This document shows positions 1-16,053 of a stretch of DNA of 64,000 nucleotides, in pieces. The stretch is taken from assembly GCA_009103225.1 (NCBI GenBank), contig RHPI01000260.1:196203-260202 (forward strand), in the 5' to 3' direction. How positions within the stretch are numbered: the stretch's first letter is position 1; each line of letters opens with the position of its first letter. Source of the stretch: Chlorokybus atmophyticus (lineage: Eukaryota > Plantae > Mesostigma and Chlorokybus algae). The position numbers were made by a program, and so were the translations under genes. The notes below the pieces were generated by a model. The model searched no databases, was not told the origin of the DNA, and saw only the letters and a list, made by a program, of their open reading frames with translations.

Positions 1-41
1 AACCCACCCACCCACCCACCCACCCACCCGCCCCTGTCCAG

Positions 42-167
42 GTGTGCGAGATGAACGTCGACACGGTCCTCCTCTCCTCCGTCTGCGAGGACTGCGAGCG
101 TCAACACGGCGGCAGCCCACGGCTACGCACCGCCGCCGCTGCTGATGAAGGCGCTGGGAAAGGCTGA
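42..167 (+). CDS. Last coding exon of a gene entering from the left edge (product unknown)
   Basis: Acceptor tgtccag| at 41, then a 42-codon open frame VCEMNVDTVLLSSVCEDCERQHGGSPRLRTAAAADEGAGKG ending in TGA at 165-167. It is preceded by an intronic (CCCA)n tract. Confidence 0.5.
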   Translation: MCEMNVDTVLLSSVCEDCERQHGGSPRLRTAAAADEGAGKG

Positions 168-2686
168 GAGAGGCAAGACGACCACGTGAACAAAGCAAGC
201 TACCACCTCACGCTAGTGCACCGCACAACACCTGCCGCTTGTAACTAATGTACTGCGATGTGTACAGAATGTGGATCATGTCGTCATACTACACCGGCCT
301 CACTGCCACAACATAAAACACCAACATGCGAGTGCGTGCGACTTAGGCATCACTGTACCAGTTTGAATGGTTCCAATGACGGAGGCCGTATGCTATCCCA
401 TCCCTTCCCACCCCACCTCCCGACACATGACACGCAGGCACGCACGCACGCATACGCCTTCTTTGTGCAACCATAACCATCGGGAGCACAAGGATTGAGG
501 TAATGTGGCAAGCGTTCAAGTAGTAGTACACAACACTGTCAATGGGAACAATAACAGTCGTATGAGACACTACAACGACCAGAACTGAATACATAGCGCT
601 TGATGCGTGGCTCTGTAGATTGGGTATAACAACCTCTCCACAGCTGTGTGTCTGTGTGTCTGTGTTACACGCTCAGACAACGTTTAAGAGAGAAAGTAGA
701 GAACGAGTTTACGGTGCACAGCTTAGCGTACACAAGCACTACCTCGCCGCAGCTGTCCATGCCCTCCACCACCTTCAAGATGCGATGAGTGTGTGTTTGT
801 GTCGCTGCTTGAGTCACTCTCACGTGTTGTTGCGTGTGCGTGTGCGTGTGCGTGCGTATGTGTGTCCCGCGTGTGCCGCCTGTGTGTATGCGTGTTGTAC
901 TACTGTGGGTAATGTGATATTCTCACGACAACCTACTGTTGCATCTCGCCCACGCCTGCCTGCTTTTGCTATTGCGTCTTGCATTGCCACATAGTTAGCA
1001 CCGCTTACCCAGCCCCGCTGGTCTAGTTGTGGTAAGTGATGTGTAGTGGTTGCCTGGAAGTCGCCCAGTGCTCATGTGCACGCATGCGTGTTTACTGCTG
1101 AATGCTGTGAGTGCTGTGTGTGCGTGGGTGCGCGCGTGTGATGCATTGTACCTGTGTGTGTTGTGTGTGCACAGCATAATGTCCATCTACCATCACACCT
1201 CATGCGCGTGTGCGCGCGTGCGAGCCTTAATCTGATGTGCCGTGCACAAATAGCCAAGCTATAAAGGTAAGATAGAGGGCCCCCTGGTAATGACAGCAAG
1301 CGAATCGAGCATTGTGGAAGCATAGAAGTAACAGCAGGCAAACGCATGTAAGATAACCATACAAGCAGCAATGTTATCAGCGACAACATTGGAGCGGTGC
1401 CGACGGCGGCGGCTTGTGTTTCGTCTTGCATGCGTTTTGATAGTGCCAATAGGGTTTGATGATGGGTTCTTGTAGATGTTACATGCTAGCTATGGTGTCA
1501 GTAACCAATGAGAGTGTATATAATGAGTATGACTGTAAGTGCGAGTGAAAATTATACATCGGACTATCCATTGCGAGCAGTTGTTGCACTATTGGAAACC
1601 AAGAGAATGTGTTTATAGTCGAGCCCCAGCTTTGGGCAGTATCGCAGCAGCCGCTGTGCGGCAGAGTCGGGCTACTTGGCTCTGTACCGGCAGCGCGTGT
1701 CATGCGCGTTGCAGCGTGCCCAGGGCATCACCATCCTAGAACGGGGAGCGGCAGTCGTAGCGGCGGTACCAGGCTGGGGCCCGGTCCAGACGGCGGCACC
1801 GACGGCGGAAGCGGACGCTGTGCTGGCGGCTGCGGCAGTGTAGTTGTGTAGGCGTGCTTGCATGCTGCTGGCATGCGTGTGAGTGTGCTTGTGCAGTGAT
1901 AGGCAGAGATGACAGTACGTAGCTTGGTGTGACGATGTAATAGGCATGGATGACAGTACGTAGCTATGTGTGACGATGTTGCTGCACTAGTAATGAGAGA
2001 GGGCAGAGCTGCTGTGCGGCACAGTAGCCACAACAGCGAGGACTCTTACACCTTCCTCGTTTGCCACATCAACCAGGGTAATTGTCAATGCACAGTGCCA
2101 TGTATGAATAACACAAACATTGTATAGACCAAAAAGAACAAGTGTCACTACCACGTGTCCACCTCACTAGCACATGCAACACAGCAACCGCACGCGTGCG
2201 CGCGCACATGAGTGCGACGGCTGTACTGCATGAAGCTATTGACTGCAAATCGCAAGATGCCACACGCAGTCAAGTCTTGAATAACGCTTTGGACTCTTGT
2301 GCACGCGCAATAGGCTAGATGATGCACATTTGCATATGGTCCAGCAGCAGTGGATCTGTATACACACCAGCACACCCAGTCTTGTGCCGTTGGTGGCAGA
2401 CAGAGAGCATGCACCCGCAAGATGAAGCTCGCAACAGTTTAAGAGGTATGCCAACAACCAACCAGCAGGCTACAACAAGATGCCAGGCGCGTGGTATGCC
2501 AGAAGAACTTGATTGCGGAACTGAGATCAATGCCAACTTCAACTGTGTGTGGATGTGTCAAACACACACCAGTCATCCTACCAGTCTACAATCCGAATGC
2601 AGCACACGCAGGCGGTTAGCGGATGTAAGCACCTTGGCACCTTAGCCCATGAGTCCACTCATACTGAAAAGTAGCAGCCTAACTGC

Positions 2687-3670
2687 CTAGAACAGGGAAG
2701 CTCCCTTGCCCTTCTTATCTCCACCAATCTCAAAGTGCTTGCATCGCTTGAGCGCGTGCTGCGACATGTGCTTGCACCCCTGGCACTGCAAACGCAGCAC
2801 GACCTTCTTGGTGGTCTTTGCCTTCTTGTGGAACACGGGCTTGGTCTGTCCACCGTAGCCGCTCTGCTTCCGGTCGTAACGCCTCTTGCCTTGCGCGTAC
2901 AGTGAAGCCTTGCCAGTCTTGTACTGCGTCACCTTGTGCGCGGCATGCTTTTTGCAGAACTTGCAGAAAGTCTTCTTTGTCTTTGGGACGTTCACCTGCA
3001 AACGGCCAAATAAACTTCAGTGCTTGCATGATATCATTCGCAACTATGCAGGAATGCTCAAATCGAACACCAAGACATAGATGAACGTGGCAACGCTGAG
3101 CTCTGACGCACGGCAGTGCTGATGACTCTATTGTGCTCATGAGCCGATCAGCGCAGTCGGCAACTAGCAAATCACACACGCACAACGATAAGTAAGACGC
3201 CAAAAACCGCAAAGTGAGAGGACTGGACAATTTGTCTGTCGCTCAGACAACCATCCGCAACTTGTTGACAATGTCATCAAGGTCAAGAGTCGCAATCACC
3301 CAGACATGAAGTAGGTCGAGCAGTCAAGATCGCGCTGCACTCAAGTTAGAGCTTGGACGAATGACAACCACCTTAGCTCCGTCAGGGCATCACCAAACCA
3401 AGCTGAACTCTTCTTACTGATATGACGCCAGGCGGAGACCGACATCAACCACAACTATCGCCGCACAAGCAACAGAGGGCGGCGACAGGCTAGGGTTTTG
3501 CGGTTCACCCAGGTCGTCGGCTACCAGGCCGCCGGTAGCCGACGATGTGGGTGAACCGCAAAACCCTAGTTTGGTTGAAAGCCACAAAGCTAGTGATGAG
3601 CTCCTCTCCAAGCCACAGACCCATCAAACGCAACCACGGCACAGCTATCTACACAATCAAGTCTTACCAT
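2687..3670 (-). CDS. RPL36A: 60S ribosomal protein eL42 (L36a/L44)
   Basis: Exon 2 (2995-2687) reads [17 protein letters not shown]...[34 protein letters not shown]...[13 protein letters not shown]. Exon 1 coding part is only the ATG at 3670-3668 in GCCACCATG|gtaag. Intron 3667-2996 ends tgcag. Confidence 0.97.
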
Positions 3671-4500
3671 GGTGGCGGACGCCTCAGCACCGGCGGCGGC
3701 AAACGCCGACACCAACCCAGGGACGAAAGAGGCTGGTTATGTGGCCGGCGCCCAGACTGAAGCGAAGGCGGCTGAACGGCGCAGTAGCAGCCGTCGGATG
3801 TCGACAACGATCCGACGGTCGATTGATGCTGCATTCGTCCGTCGTCATGAAGCACACGGTGTGCTGCACACCATGTCACATCACTTGTTACGCTTAATGT
3901 AACGATGTTGAAACTTGGCTCGTTGGCGCAGAAAGCACAACTTCATAAAGCGTGAATGAGTCACTTTAGCCAAGTGAGAAGGTCGTACTTGGCTTGCGTT
4001 GCGTTGTTACTTACAAAAATGCGACACTTGCAATAATACCCAAATTGTGCCGGTAGTACTTACCACAACGTAATGCACAAAAATGTAGACATATGTTCCA
4101 CTCATTGCGAATTGTACTTGTTCAAACATATATGCATTTATGTTACATCGTTTGTTAATTGTATAGCTATGTACGCACCAAACAATGAGAACGTACTTAA
4201 TCATGGATACGAGTGGTGTGCAAAAATGGCATGTGACAAAAGTGCATGAAGCCATTTAGAAAAGAATTAAGGATTCAAAGCATGATGTTTGGGCTATGTT
4301 AAGATTTGCTATTGATAACCTCATATACGATAATTGCATTCAATTAATATAATAATGAAAACCATAATGTGATGTTAGAATACATCCGCAATTAAGTTCG
4401 GATGTTTACGAAGTTTTGCACATTCAATTTACACTCGTATCAAGAGCAATTAAAGTAATGTATCAAGTGGGAAGCTTGCTTGAAGCACGCTTATCACATA

Positions 4501-4567
<67 letters not shown>

Positions 4568-4569
4568 GC
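4501..4569. repeat. Compound (CT)n(CA)n microsatellite
   Basis: Directly visible dinucleotide runs. Confidence 0.95.
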
Positions 4570-6009
4570 ACTCCCCCCCTCTCCCCCTCTCCCCATTCCC
4601 CTCCCCGTGACCCCCCGAGCGCACTTGAAATTTGAGAGTCACCGCAGCAATCACAAGACGCCTCAAAGTGTTGGTATCACAATTGAACTTGACATAATGT
4701 GCAACATCCGCAGCACGCAGCGGCCTCCATCACATGAGACATGCCCAGCCACAAGCAGCGAAGCACGGACATGCACTCACATAGATTAAGGCACGGGCAA
4801 ATCCTCTCCAAGTGATGTAGACAAGTGCATGCAGTGGAGCGGAGGGATCCAGGAAGGCAAGCAGGCAAACCGGCAGAATCACAATCAATTAACCTGTAGC
4901 AAAATTGCTGTAATACTTTACGCACGGCTGTTTATTGTAGGAATAGTATATACTTCATCTCTCAACGCCGCATCGCATTATCGCACAACCAAGGCGCATG
5001 CGCAGGTGATTGCTTGACACCATGCATGCTGGTATGACCAAGGGGCTAGGGGCTTAGCGTACAGGATATGCTGCCAGTAGTTGTAGACATGCATGGCATC
5101 ACTCAGCATGCCAAACAGCATGCAAGCACATTGTGACACAACCACCAGGCTATACACACTGTTTGTTTGAACCTCACTACACTACACTAGTTTAGACCTC
5201 CCCTTTAGACATGCATACATGCATGTGAGTAGTGCATTACCTGCCCACATGGGCTCGTATTAGATAGAGTTAGCAGCCCGGTGGTGGACTGATGGTATAG
5301 AGTGCGCGCATGAGATAGCATGTGTCCTGTGCTGGATGCTGTCATGACCTTGTGTGTGCTTGACACCATGGCATCATGACACCATGTTAACCTAGCATAC
5401 TATCTGTCGTACATAGTCACATTTTGTGCTGTTTTCGCCAGCCATCCTGCGCCTCTTGCTCGGTTAATATTGGTGTCCTATCATGCCATATTGCGGCATT
5501 TGCCTCTGTAGTTTATGGGCACAATACTAGTTGATGGCATTCACACAAGACATGAACAGTGTTCAGAAAATCAAAGACGCTATTGCGTGCGTGCAATAGT
5601 GTGCGGTGTACATCAAATGCAGGACATGCATGTGATAGAGGATGCAATGTTGCTACTCAATACGTAGGCAAGTAAACGCGGGTGCATCAAGTATCAGCAG
5701 CAGTGAGAGGACAGAAGCCTTGATGTGCAGATACTGATGCTTGACGAAATGGTATCCTGCGCCATAGTATGCCAGTGTTGTCGTAACAACCTTAGCGATG
5801 TGATGCACGCCGGATGCGTTGTCAATGCTTGGTGCAAGCGATGTGGCATTATGTGCACACGATGCGACCTGGCTTCTGTACATCTACTTGTGTCACTGTA
5901 TGCAGCAAGTTGGAATAGAACTCCACAGTCAATGTACGCTTGACGTCAGCGGAACTGCAAGAGGCAGGACTTCACATGCACTTTGTTCTGTACTGTACCC
6001 GTTGCTGTG

Positions 6010-8288
6010 CTACCTCAACCTAAAGCCATGGCTCAATAGGAATGCCCACATCTGGTGCAAAGAGGGCACTGGCGGGTGAGAAGGCAAGGGGTTCGGGTGT
6101 AATGACCATGGTACTTGGTCGCCTAAAACTAGCTTCCTCGCCATTGAGGCGAAAACGGAAGGCTTGGTAATACTGCTAAGGTGCTGCCTGACAGGGAGCA
6201 GCAGGCAACTAGCCGGCGCACACTTACTGCGCATCACCGTGTGCTGTGGGGTGCAGCGTGCAGTTGTGCCTTCTTTGGCACTTGGGATAAGCTCAAACCA
6301 AACGCCAGCTGGAAAACTCTGTGGCCGCCACACGTACTGCAAGGCTTGGAAAAACGGGAAGGAGCGCACCACGGCTCGTGCGAGCTGCAGTGATGTGCGT
6401 GCAATGAATATTAACATGTGCAGAAGGGAGAAGAAAATGTAGTAGACAGATGTGGTGGGCAGCAGAAGCAGAAGAGGGGTGAACAGGAGGGTTCCGACCA
6501 GCAGCTGCTCCACACTGCACTCGCACGTGTCAACACGTCCCCGCAAAGTGTTCTTCTTTCGCCCTCGAAATAATAGCCACAGCGAAGCCAGCGCTCGAAG
6601 CTGAAGTGCGTACACACGGGCGTACACCGTGTACAGAACGGTAACATGCATGGTCAGAATTGACGTTGCATCTGATACCAATGACAGCATCACACTGACT
6701 CCAAGTAGCCCCGTGAGTGCAAGGAACAACAAGGCGAATGGCAGTAATGGCGCCAGCGAAGCGATCACTGCAGCCCAGACCTGTATGCAGTAAAGCGCAA
6801 AGGTTCCCATGAATAGGTCCAGCCGGTCATTGAGCTTGAACCCTGCTGGGACGCCCATCAGCCAGATGACATTTTGCCGCAGCACATTTCCAGTGAGAAG
6901 GCTGGAGAACCACATGACATAACGCTCCACGCGCCGATGATACGTCAGCAGTAAAAACGTCATAGCTCCACCAAGCGCAATGTCAAAAGCGATAGCTACC
7001 ACTGCTGCCACTGCAAGATAGCTATCTTTACCCGGTGACCTCTGTTCGCTGGCTGCCAACTCATGCAGAAGCTGCTGGTTCCACGCGCAAAGCTCAGACA
7101 GGCGAACGTGCAGTTGGTCCCCAAAGTCCGACAGTTGCCTGAGTGGGACGCCACCAAACAGACCGGGGAGGCTGGAATCAACCAGCTTTTCTATGGCACT
7201 GCGCAAAATGCGTAAAACCATCAAGGAAGGTATAATTGCCACTGTACAGCAAGATACCACCAGGAGCTGACACCAACGAAGTAACCATGCGCCGGCGTTC
7301 TTTAGCAGATATGGCCTGGAAGACAACCCAACTGAAACAGCAGGTTTTGGCGAAGCTGCTTGCGGCTGTAAACGCCCAAGCGTCTGCTCCAACGCTTGAA
7401 ACACCTTGGCAGCCGCATTGACCTGTTGCACGGCCTGCTCAAGATCTGACTGTCCGTCATGCTGTGTAGGCAGCCACCAGCACGACCGGTCCCATGCACG
7501 GTCTGGTTGCCCTGTTGTGCGCCTGAATTCCTGGCGTACATCTGACCCGCACACAACAGTCAGATCCGAAGCCAAGTGAGCATTTGCTTTCTTCATGCAC
7601 ACGCGCTTGTGCCATCAATTGTCCACATTGTCAAGTTGGTCACACATGTCGCCATGCACTCACCGGTGTTCAGGTAATAGAACCCTCCTGGTGGCAGCTG
7701 GAACTGCACCAGCTGCACTAGCTCGGGGTCAACATGCGAATCACCAAAGGTTAAGTCCAGCACCTCCCAGCAAATACGTCTGTACCAAAGACGTGCACTT
7801 GGCACTGGACAGAAAACATGCAGCCATGCTGGTGCACCTGCGCATGTCCATAGATGTTGTCACGGACACTGCATAACCCACCTGTGCACAATATTGGTGC
7901 GCAAAGAAACAAAGGACCAACATGAACATAATTATGACCGCTTGCTTGCTTGCTCGTCATGTTCAACAAGCCACATCGTACCGTTCCTCAAGACATCAAT
8001 GGTGAGCGGCTTGTGCCGATATACATGCCCATTGGAACCATTCATTGCGCCGTTGCCATTGTAATGCTTGTAAGCACCGGTTGTGTAGCCAGCATCCGAG
8101 GTCAACTCTCCAACAACAACGGGAGGTCCTCCGCATGCTGTGCACAAGCTAGATATCGCTGGATCCCTTGTAATAAGTGAGATGGCTTTGGGTAGGTACG
8201 GAAGGACCCGCTCAAGAGCTGGCAGAAGGCCTGCTACCACGACTGTGCTCGCCTCTGGCAACGCCCAGCCTACAATGACCTGAGACAC
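6010..8288 (-). CDS. PIGQ: GPI-GlcNAc transferase subunit Q (PIG-Q/GPI1), multi-exon; 5' end approximate
   Basis: The long exon 7602-6010 carries the Gpi1 motifs WLMGVPAGFKLNDRLD, LWLLFRGRKKNTLRGRVD and EQLLVGTLLFTPLLLLLPT with TM segments. An upstream exon VIVGWALPEASTVVVAGLL resembles the PIG-Q N-terminus. An internal exon lies near 7810-7665. Confidence 0.9.
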
Positions 8289-9637
8289 CTACCAAGGGGC
8301 AGCGGCGGATGACAATTGCTCAGGATGACCAACACAGGTTGATGTCTACATGTATGATGCAGCATATGACGTGGTTGTGATCAGGCCTGCAAGTTGTCTG
8401 TGATATCATGCACTGTTATTGGTTTTCGCTCTACTCACAAGTGACCACTGAACATCCTGGTGCTGGGCACTATGGCTCTGCCTCTCATGCACCTGGAACG
8501 TGCTTGAGTACGAGCATTCTCACAGATTGCGGCTTATACATGCAAGACTACACGTACCGACTTCTTGGAGCTGCAAGACCTCTGGCGCAAAGCATCCAAG
8601 GGCACGAACACTATGGGGCGTTGTTGCAAGGCAGCGTGTTTGGGCATCAGGGGCCCTGCCACCACCGCTGCCGGCTGCACGGCTGCTCATCCACGCCAAC
8701 TGTTGCTGTAACCTAGCAGACTGGGAGCCCTCTTAATTATCCAAATCAAAGCAGACCAACAGCGACAGACCCCTGATCGCAGTGTTGCCAATGGCAACTT
8801 GCCGACTTGAAGATGCTCACGGTCAGACGACAAGCTTGCTTGGCCACACAGCTACAACTGATCTTCTCCTATCAACTTGCTTTCGTCCACAAGTTACCCG
8901 AAACACGCTTAGCCATGCACAAGCCTCCACATCTGTATCGGGGCCAGCCGCAACCAGCTGCCGGCGTACCAGCCGGCATCCCACCCCTGCCTAGACCCCA
9001 CTACGTGCTATGTAACCCTCTTCACCACAACTTGTGTGACCATCTACGCACTCAATGTTGAAAGAGCGCCAGCATAACACGGGCAACGCCCTGCACGCCC
9101 AACCAAACGAGCGAGCGAGCGAGCGAGCAGCTGAACAATCGTTCCACCTATGCCGGAACGCCACCTTGCAGCATGCACGCCTTGTGCGCAACAGCAATAT
9201 CCGTCAGCGCTCAAAACGAACAAAGACAACCTAAAGCCCAAGACCAAAGGGAGTGTTCTCTTCGCCGGCTTCCTTCCAGGCTGCAAAAAAAACCGATCAC
9301 TACCACGACCACGACGGCCAGGACGACAGCACCCACGACTGCCGTGCCGGCCAGATCGGCCGCCCCAACACCGCAACCGGATCGGCCGACCCCGCTCTTC
9401 AGCGCCAGCCGTTGAGCAACCCGATCCACCGACTCGGTAGTGATAGGCTTCAAATTTGTTGTTTGGCTTTCTCGCAGCGGCGGCGGTAGCGGCGAGAGGT
9501 GAGCTGGTGTTGGTGAGGTGAAGCAGCTGTCCGTGGCTGAGGCGTGGCTGAGGTCTGGGTTACGTTCTCACTGCACGTTGAGTGCAAGGCTTTTGTGTGC
9601 AGCAAGCTCTTGTCCGTCAAGCTACCGCTGCCAAGCC

Positions 9638-10997
9638 ATGGGTAAGCTCAAGCGCTGCGTGGTGGGGCAAGCTTGTTGGCCGGTTGAGTGGTCAAGTGTC
9701 AACGTCTTAAGCGACTTGTTGCACTTGAGCTGCACATGGACTAACTGTTGCAAACGTTCCTGTGCTCACCCGCAGAGAACGCAGCAGGACGCAGCACAAA
9801 AGGGGCCTCCTCCTCCTCCGTGCTGGTATGGGCACGAACGATGTGCTCGACTTTCGGTTATTGCAGACAGCGTGTTTTGTATGTCTGTGGTTGTGCAAGT
9901 GCAGCGATGTTAGGCAGTATCTCGCTTTGGTCCATGCAGTAGTGAAGCATGGTTTGCCGGTTCTTGCTTTCCTGTGTATGCGTGATGGGTGCCAAAGTTG
10001 AGGTGTTGCTGTCAATGCAACAATGTCTTTCTTTCTTTCTTCTGTGTGCCGCACGCAGGAGCGGCTCGCGCGCGCAGAGCATGCTGCAGAGTCTTCTGAG
10101 CGTCTGCTGCGGGAAATGGAATCCCGCCTGAAGCGGGAAACGGCTAAGGTGCAAGCGGCACAGCGGCGCTGTGAGGTATACCCATTGTACCTGCTGTATC
10201 CATGTCAGCATCTGGAGCATATTATATCTATCGCATGCACGAGAGACAACTTGTGCTGGTGTGATGTTTGTTGCTGCTGTGTTTGTCTCGCCATCACGGT
10301 GCATGTCAGACCTTGTATATGAACCAGTACAATTTTCAGGCTTTGGAGTTGCAACTGAGGCAGCAGCAGCTGTCCTTCTTGCGATCGAGTCAGGAGATGG
10401 GGAGTCAACACAAGCGGACAATGGAAGAACAGCGCAAAGAAATCGAGTACCTTCACGGCGTGGTTGAGCAAAGGGATGATGATCTGCAGCATTATCACAG
10501 CCTTGTGGCCAGCCTTCAGTCCGATCTTGCACGCTACCGCAACATGAGCACAAAGCTTGATGCACTGAAGGTTGACATTGCCAGGCAATCGGCAACCATG
10601 CAGAAAGGCAATGCACACGATGACGAGAACAGCAACCCAAACATCATGAGTGATACACCTCGCAACACATGGAATAAGGTTCATGACGACCGCGTGCTTA
10701 GTGTTGGCGTGCAATGCGATGCACTTGATATGTCTACTCAGAACGCTGCATGCGCACCAAGATCGACGCCGCCAGCCAATACCAAGATCACAGGTGTGTA
10801 TGCATATGTTCATAACCAAAAGTGCGTTTTGTCGTGCTGAATACACCCATGCTGGCAGTAAATAATTGGCACACAGGAATTGCATATGTGCATAAGATGT
10901 GCCAGGAATTCAATATCGTTCACCTGGCAGCGCGCAGGAGATCGTTTCTACACCGTACCTTTGCAGCAATAACGTGTGCCTCAAGTCTCACAGCTGA
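9638..10997 (+). CDS. Coiled-coil protein of unknown function (5 exons)
   Basis: Phase-consistent model: ATG G|gtaagc (9638-9641); ENAAGRSTKGASSSSVL; ERLARAEHAAESSERLLREMESRLKRE...RRCE; ALELQLRQQQL...EQRKEIEYLHGVVEQRDDDLQHY...; last exon ends TGA at 10995-10997. Confidence 0.65.
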
Positions 10998-12113
10998 GAA
11001 TGATGCACGAGCACCAACAACTACCATGACAACCAGCACAACTCCTGTGAGTTGTTGTACAGCGTCATTTTATGCATTAAACAGTGTCAATGTGACGCTG
11101 ATCGTCAACTTGCTTCCAACAGGACATCCCTCAATTGGTAAACACCATGGAGGCAAGGCCAAGGTCAATAATCTCTGAATTCTGAAGCGTTGTATGCAGC
11201 TTGTTCTCTTCGTACACACTTTTCCAACATGGGTCCTCTTGTGTGACAGTGAGTTAGAGACCTGCACAAGGCAAGACACGGACGAGGCACTTCCTCATAG
11301 CTCCAAAGCAACAGGCAAGTGGTTGCACATGCAAGTGCATGCAAATTATTGCAATCGTCATGCTTGGCCTTGAGGTTGCTGACTTTACATACATTGGCAG
11401 CTGCAAGCAGGAGCGTGCGGAGAAAGCCACTTGGTGAGTGCAGACTTTAGTCAAAAAACTCTGCAACGGCACACGGTTAGGCAGTGTATGTAGTGTAAGA
11501 ATATAGGCAACATGACACATGTCATAGAGTGGGAAGGCCTGTTTGCCTTGCTGATGCTGCTTATTGCACACGTAGGCATATGCGCCATTGTGGACGCACC
11601 TATTCAGTATACTGCCTAGTAGTGGTGTGGTTTGCTGAGGTTTTGGCATGGTATACTTGAGACCTGACAACCACCGTGTAGCAGCCACATTGTTTTGTTG
11701 GCAGTTCCAACTACCTGTCAGTGTACAATATATATAGGATGCAGAGATTGTGGCATGTATCACAATGTGAGGCATGCATTGCACACCATACACAACAGCA
11801 CACAACACTTACATTCACCACCAGGTGCTCTTCCTACTTACTACCTACCTAACTTCACTACTAGCCCAAACCCCGTTAGACAAGCATGCATGCACGCGCA
11901 TCACTTCAATGACACGGGCATGTGCTTATGAATGAACAGCGTTGTGAAGATGCTGGCGCTGGTATACCAACAGTCATTTCACTCCATTCTGTAGGCAGTA
12001 CAGAATGTTGGTTGCATCAGGCCAAGAACCTGGTGGCCGACAGGTGCAGGTGGTTAGTTTGCAGCACAAATCGTGCAATTGCATTCTCTATTATTGCAAT
12101 ATGACAAATCAAA

Positions 12114-13594
<1,481 letters not shown>

Positions 13595-14399
13595 CACACT
13601 CCGTTTGGACCTGGCCTGGCCTGGCCAGGCCAAACGAAGCACACAGTAGCGGCCAGGCCAGGTCCGATGTGATCTGAAAAGCAAATTGGCGGGATAGCTC
13701 GGGGTTGACTGATCTGGTAAGGCTGCACGGTACCGTTACCCTGTCATGTTGCATGTTCACATCATGTATATCACATGCAAGAAGTACGTTATGCCAAAAC
13801 TCACGCCGATATCGTCACCGCCTTGCGGCAAGCCATGCACGGTTAACACCCCCACAAGGCAACTGGATACCGGTTATTCATCAGGCCATGTGAGCCATGT
13901 TCGGCTAGAGTTGACGGTGTGGCGCCACTCATGTCTTGCAAGTTGCAATTCGCGGCGGTACAGTCCACCCCCGTTATTAGAATCACGTCTATCCTCGAGC
14001 TTTCCATTCCACTAACGGGGTTTATCTCTTGGCGTTTAAGAGAATAACTAGTCTTTTATTGTTTATAGAATATATATTCTACTGATGAGGGTTCTGCCAG
14101 GAAAGCGCATGTGCTTTTACAAGAATAAATATGCTTTTAAAGAAATAAGTAGAGAAAAGATGTACATGATCCATTTTTGTTGCAACATATGTTGTATCAA
14201 GTGCATAATGTAAATAATAGCAGGCTTTGTGTAATAGCATGCATGGTTATGATGATGTAATGCAATGAACTATCATGTGCATGTGTGTTGGCGCGCACAC
14301 ATGTGTATGTAGCGGTGTACGTACCATCATGCTTAACATGTGTGTGCATGAGTAAACAGCATGCATTGGCATGACCATCATCACACGTGCAAGCATTAC

Positions 14400-14599
14400 C
14401 AAATGCTCATCGCACTACTCTAGCTCAACTGGCTCATCGCTAGTGCCACTAATGTTAGCATCATGTCTACAAAAACCTGCAACGAAAAAGTCTTGTATAT
14501 ATATATATACGAGTCTGATGGCCAGCGTTAACGAGTTGATGCTAGATGACCACATTTCGCAGCTGCCGTCAACTAATGATGTTCGGAGATGGGGCAATC
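14400..14599 (-). pseudogene. Tigger-like transposase, terminal piece
   Basis: QLRNVVI*HQLVNAGHQTRI...QDFF matches the Q-x-x-I-x-D-F-F terminus typical of Tigger-type transposases. Confidence 0.55.
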
Positions 14600-16053
14600 C
14601 GTCGCAAATTTAACACGGTGACTGACAAGGGACTGAGGGACTGACGGGTGCCTGACCCTGCCTGACCCTACCTGACGTAACAGATTTGTTCATAAAAGGA
14701 CTGTTTAAAACGGCCGTTACTATCAAGCAACATATACCGACGGCAAGCGATAAGTGCAGTCGACGGCGGCCTGCATGTGACGGCAACACCGCACTTTAAG
14801 GTGACGGCCGATTGTCGGTCGCCCCATTTGCGCGATGGCGACCTATCTGTATAGCAGATAAGTCATGTTTTGGTCACAAACAGCGACGGCCGATCGTCGG
14901 TCGTGTTCTGACCGACGAAAAGTATGCGCGACGGCCTGCCTACTTTGGCAAGCCAGTCACCGTTAGTCCCTATCAGGTGACCTTACCGCATTTATTAAAT
15001 GACGGCCGATCGCCGGTCGTGCACTTAACGCGGCGGCGACTTACTTAATATGTGTCAAGTATGATAAGCAAGTGACCGTCGGTCCCTAAAGGTTGGCAAG
15101 TCGGGACGGTGGTACCGGCCGGCAAGTCGAGACGCTGGTAAAATGCAGCCGCCGTACTATGTCAACGGTACGAACAATGCCATTGCGACAATGGTACTTT
15201 TGTACTATTATAATAATACGAGAATGCCGTTGCGAGTCACGTTTCAACAACGCGTTGAAAAAACTTGGGCTGCTCAAGTTATTCAAACGCTCAATGGCTT
15301 TAAGTTGAACAGAGCGTTGTGGGCGGCGGCGGCGGCGGCGCCTAACAGTAGGTGAGCTTAGTTGCTGTCTGACATTGTACTACGCGCAACAGCGCATGCC
15401 GTTTCACCACCCTCCTTGCTTAGGGCGGCCAAGCCAGGCCAGGCTAGGCCAGACGAGGCCAGGCGGCGGCAGCGGCGGCGGTGAAGAAACGGCGGCGGCG
15501 GAGCTGGAGCGGGCGGTGCAGGAGCCGCAGCTCAGTACCAGGGTAGTACTTAAGGTAGCAGTAGTGGTAGTGGTAGCAGTAGTGGTAGTAGCTCAGTATG
15601 TTACATTGTAATTCATTTACCTTTTTATTTTTTATTTGTCACGCATTCTTGCACAGCTGATGACGACAATCACATGTGGTACCTAATCATGACTGAGCGG
15701 TACCAGCAGGTACCTTTGAAGGTACACATCATTAACGGTAGGTACCTTAAGGTACTTGACAATTTTGCTCAGTTAGCGTACAGTCGCCGGTACCTAACTG
15801 ATAGGTATCGGTCAGTTACCTGTTTGTTAGGTCAAGTCCCCTTTGCTTAACTGTTGAGTACCTGACAGGTACCTATTAATTAGGGTCAATCCCTTTATGC
15901 AGACGGCCGCCAACTAATGGTGACGGCCATTATGCTCAGAGTCCCTGTATCGAGATCGCCGGTAGACTGAAAGTTGACAGTCTAAATGAGTATCCTCAAG
16001 TGCACGGCCGTTGCCAATATTCGGTCGGCCGGCAGGGGAAACATTTTGCGATG
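14600..16053. mobile_element. Non-autonomous TIR element, family X copy 1 (CGTCGCAAA termini, 2-bp TSD TC)
   Basis: tc|CGTCGCAAATT...CATTTTGCGATG|tc. Subterminal CCTGACCCT/GTTAGGTCA repeats and GGTACC and GACGGCCG clusters. Homologous at both ends and in the core to copy 2. Confidence 0.75.

Noticed and set aside
1072-2650. Short ORFs between the first exon and RPL36A
   Set aside because: TG/CA-rich, Cys/His-biased translations typical of UTR or intron sequence here; no homology recognised.
2745-2890. Cycloheximide-resistance allele of eL42
   Set aside because: The sequence is GQTKPVF with the sensitive-type Pro, not Gln.
2996-3667. Possible box C/D snoRNA in the RPL36A intron
   Set aside because: The only C-box/D-box pair on the host strand is about 37 nt apart, too short, and has no terminal stem.
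14640-14680. Telomere-like CCCTAA/CCCTGA repeats
   Set aside because: They are irregular and recur inverted at the other end of the element, so they are better explained as subterminal repeats of family X.
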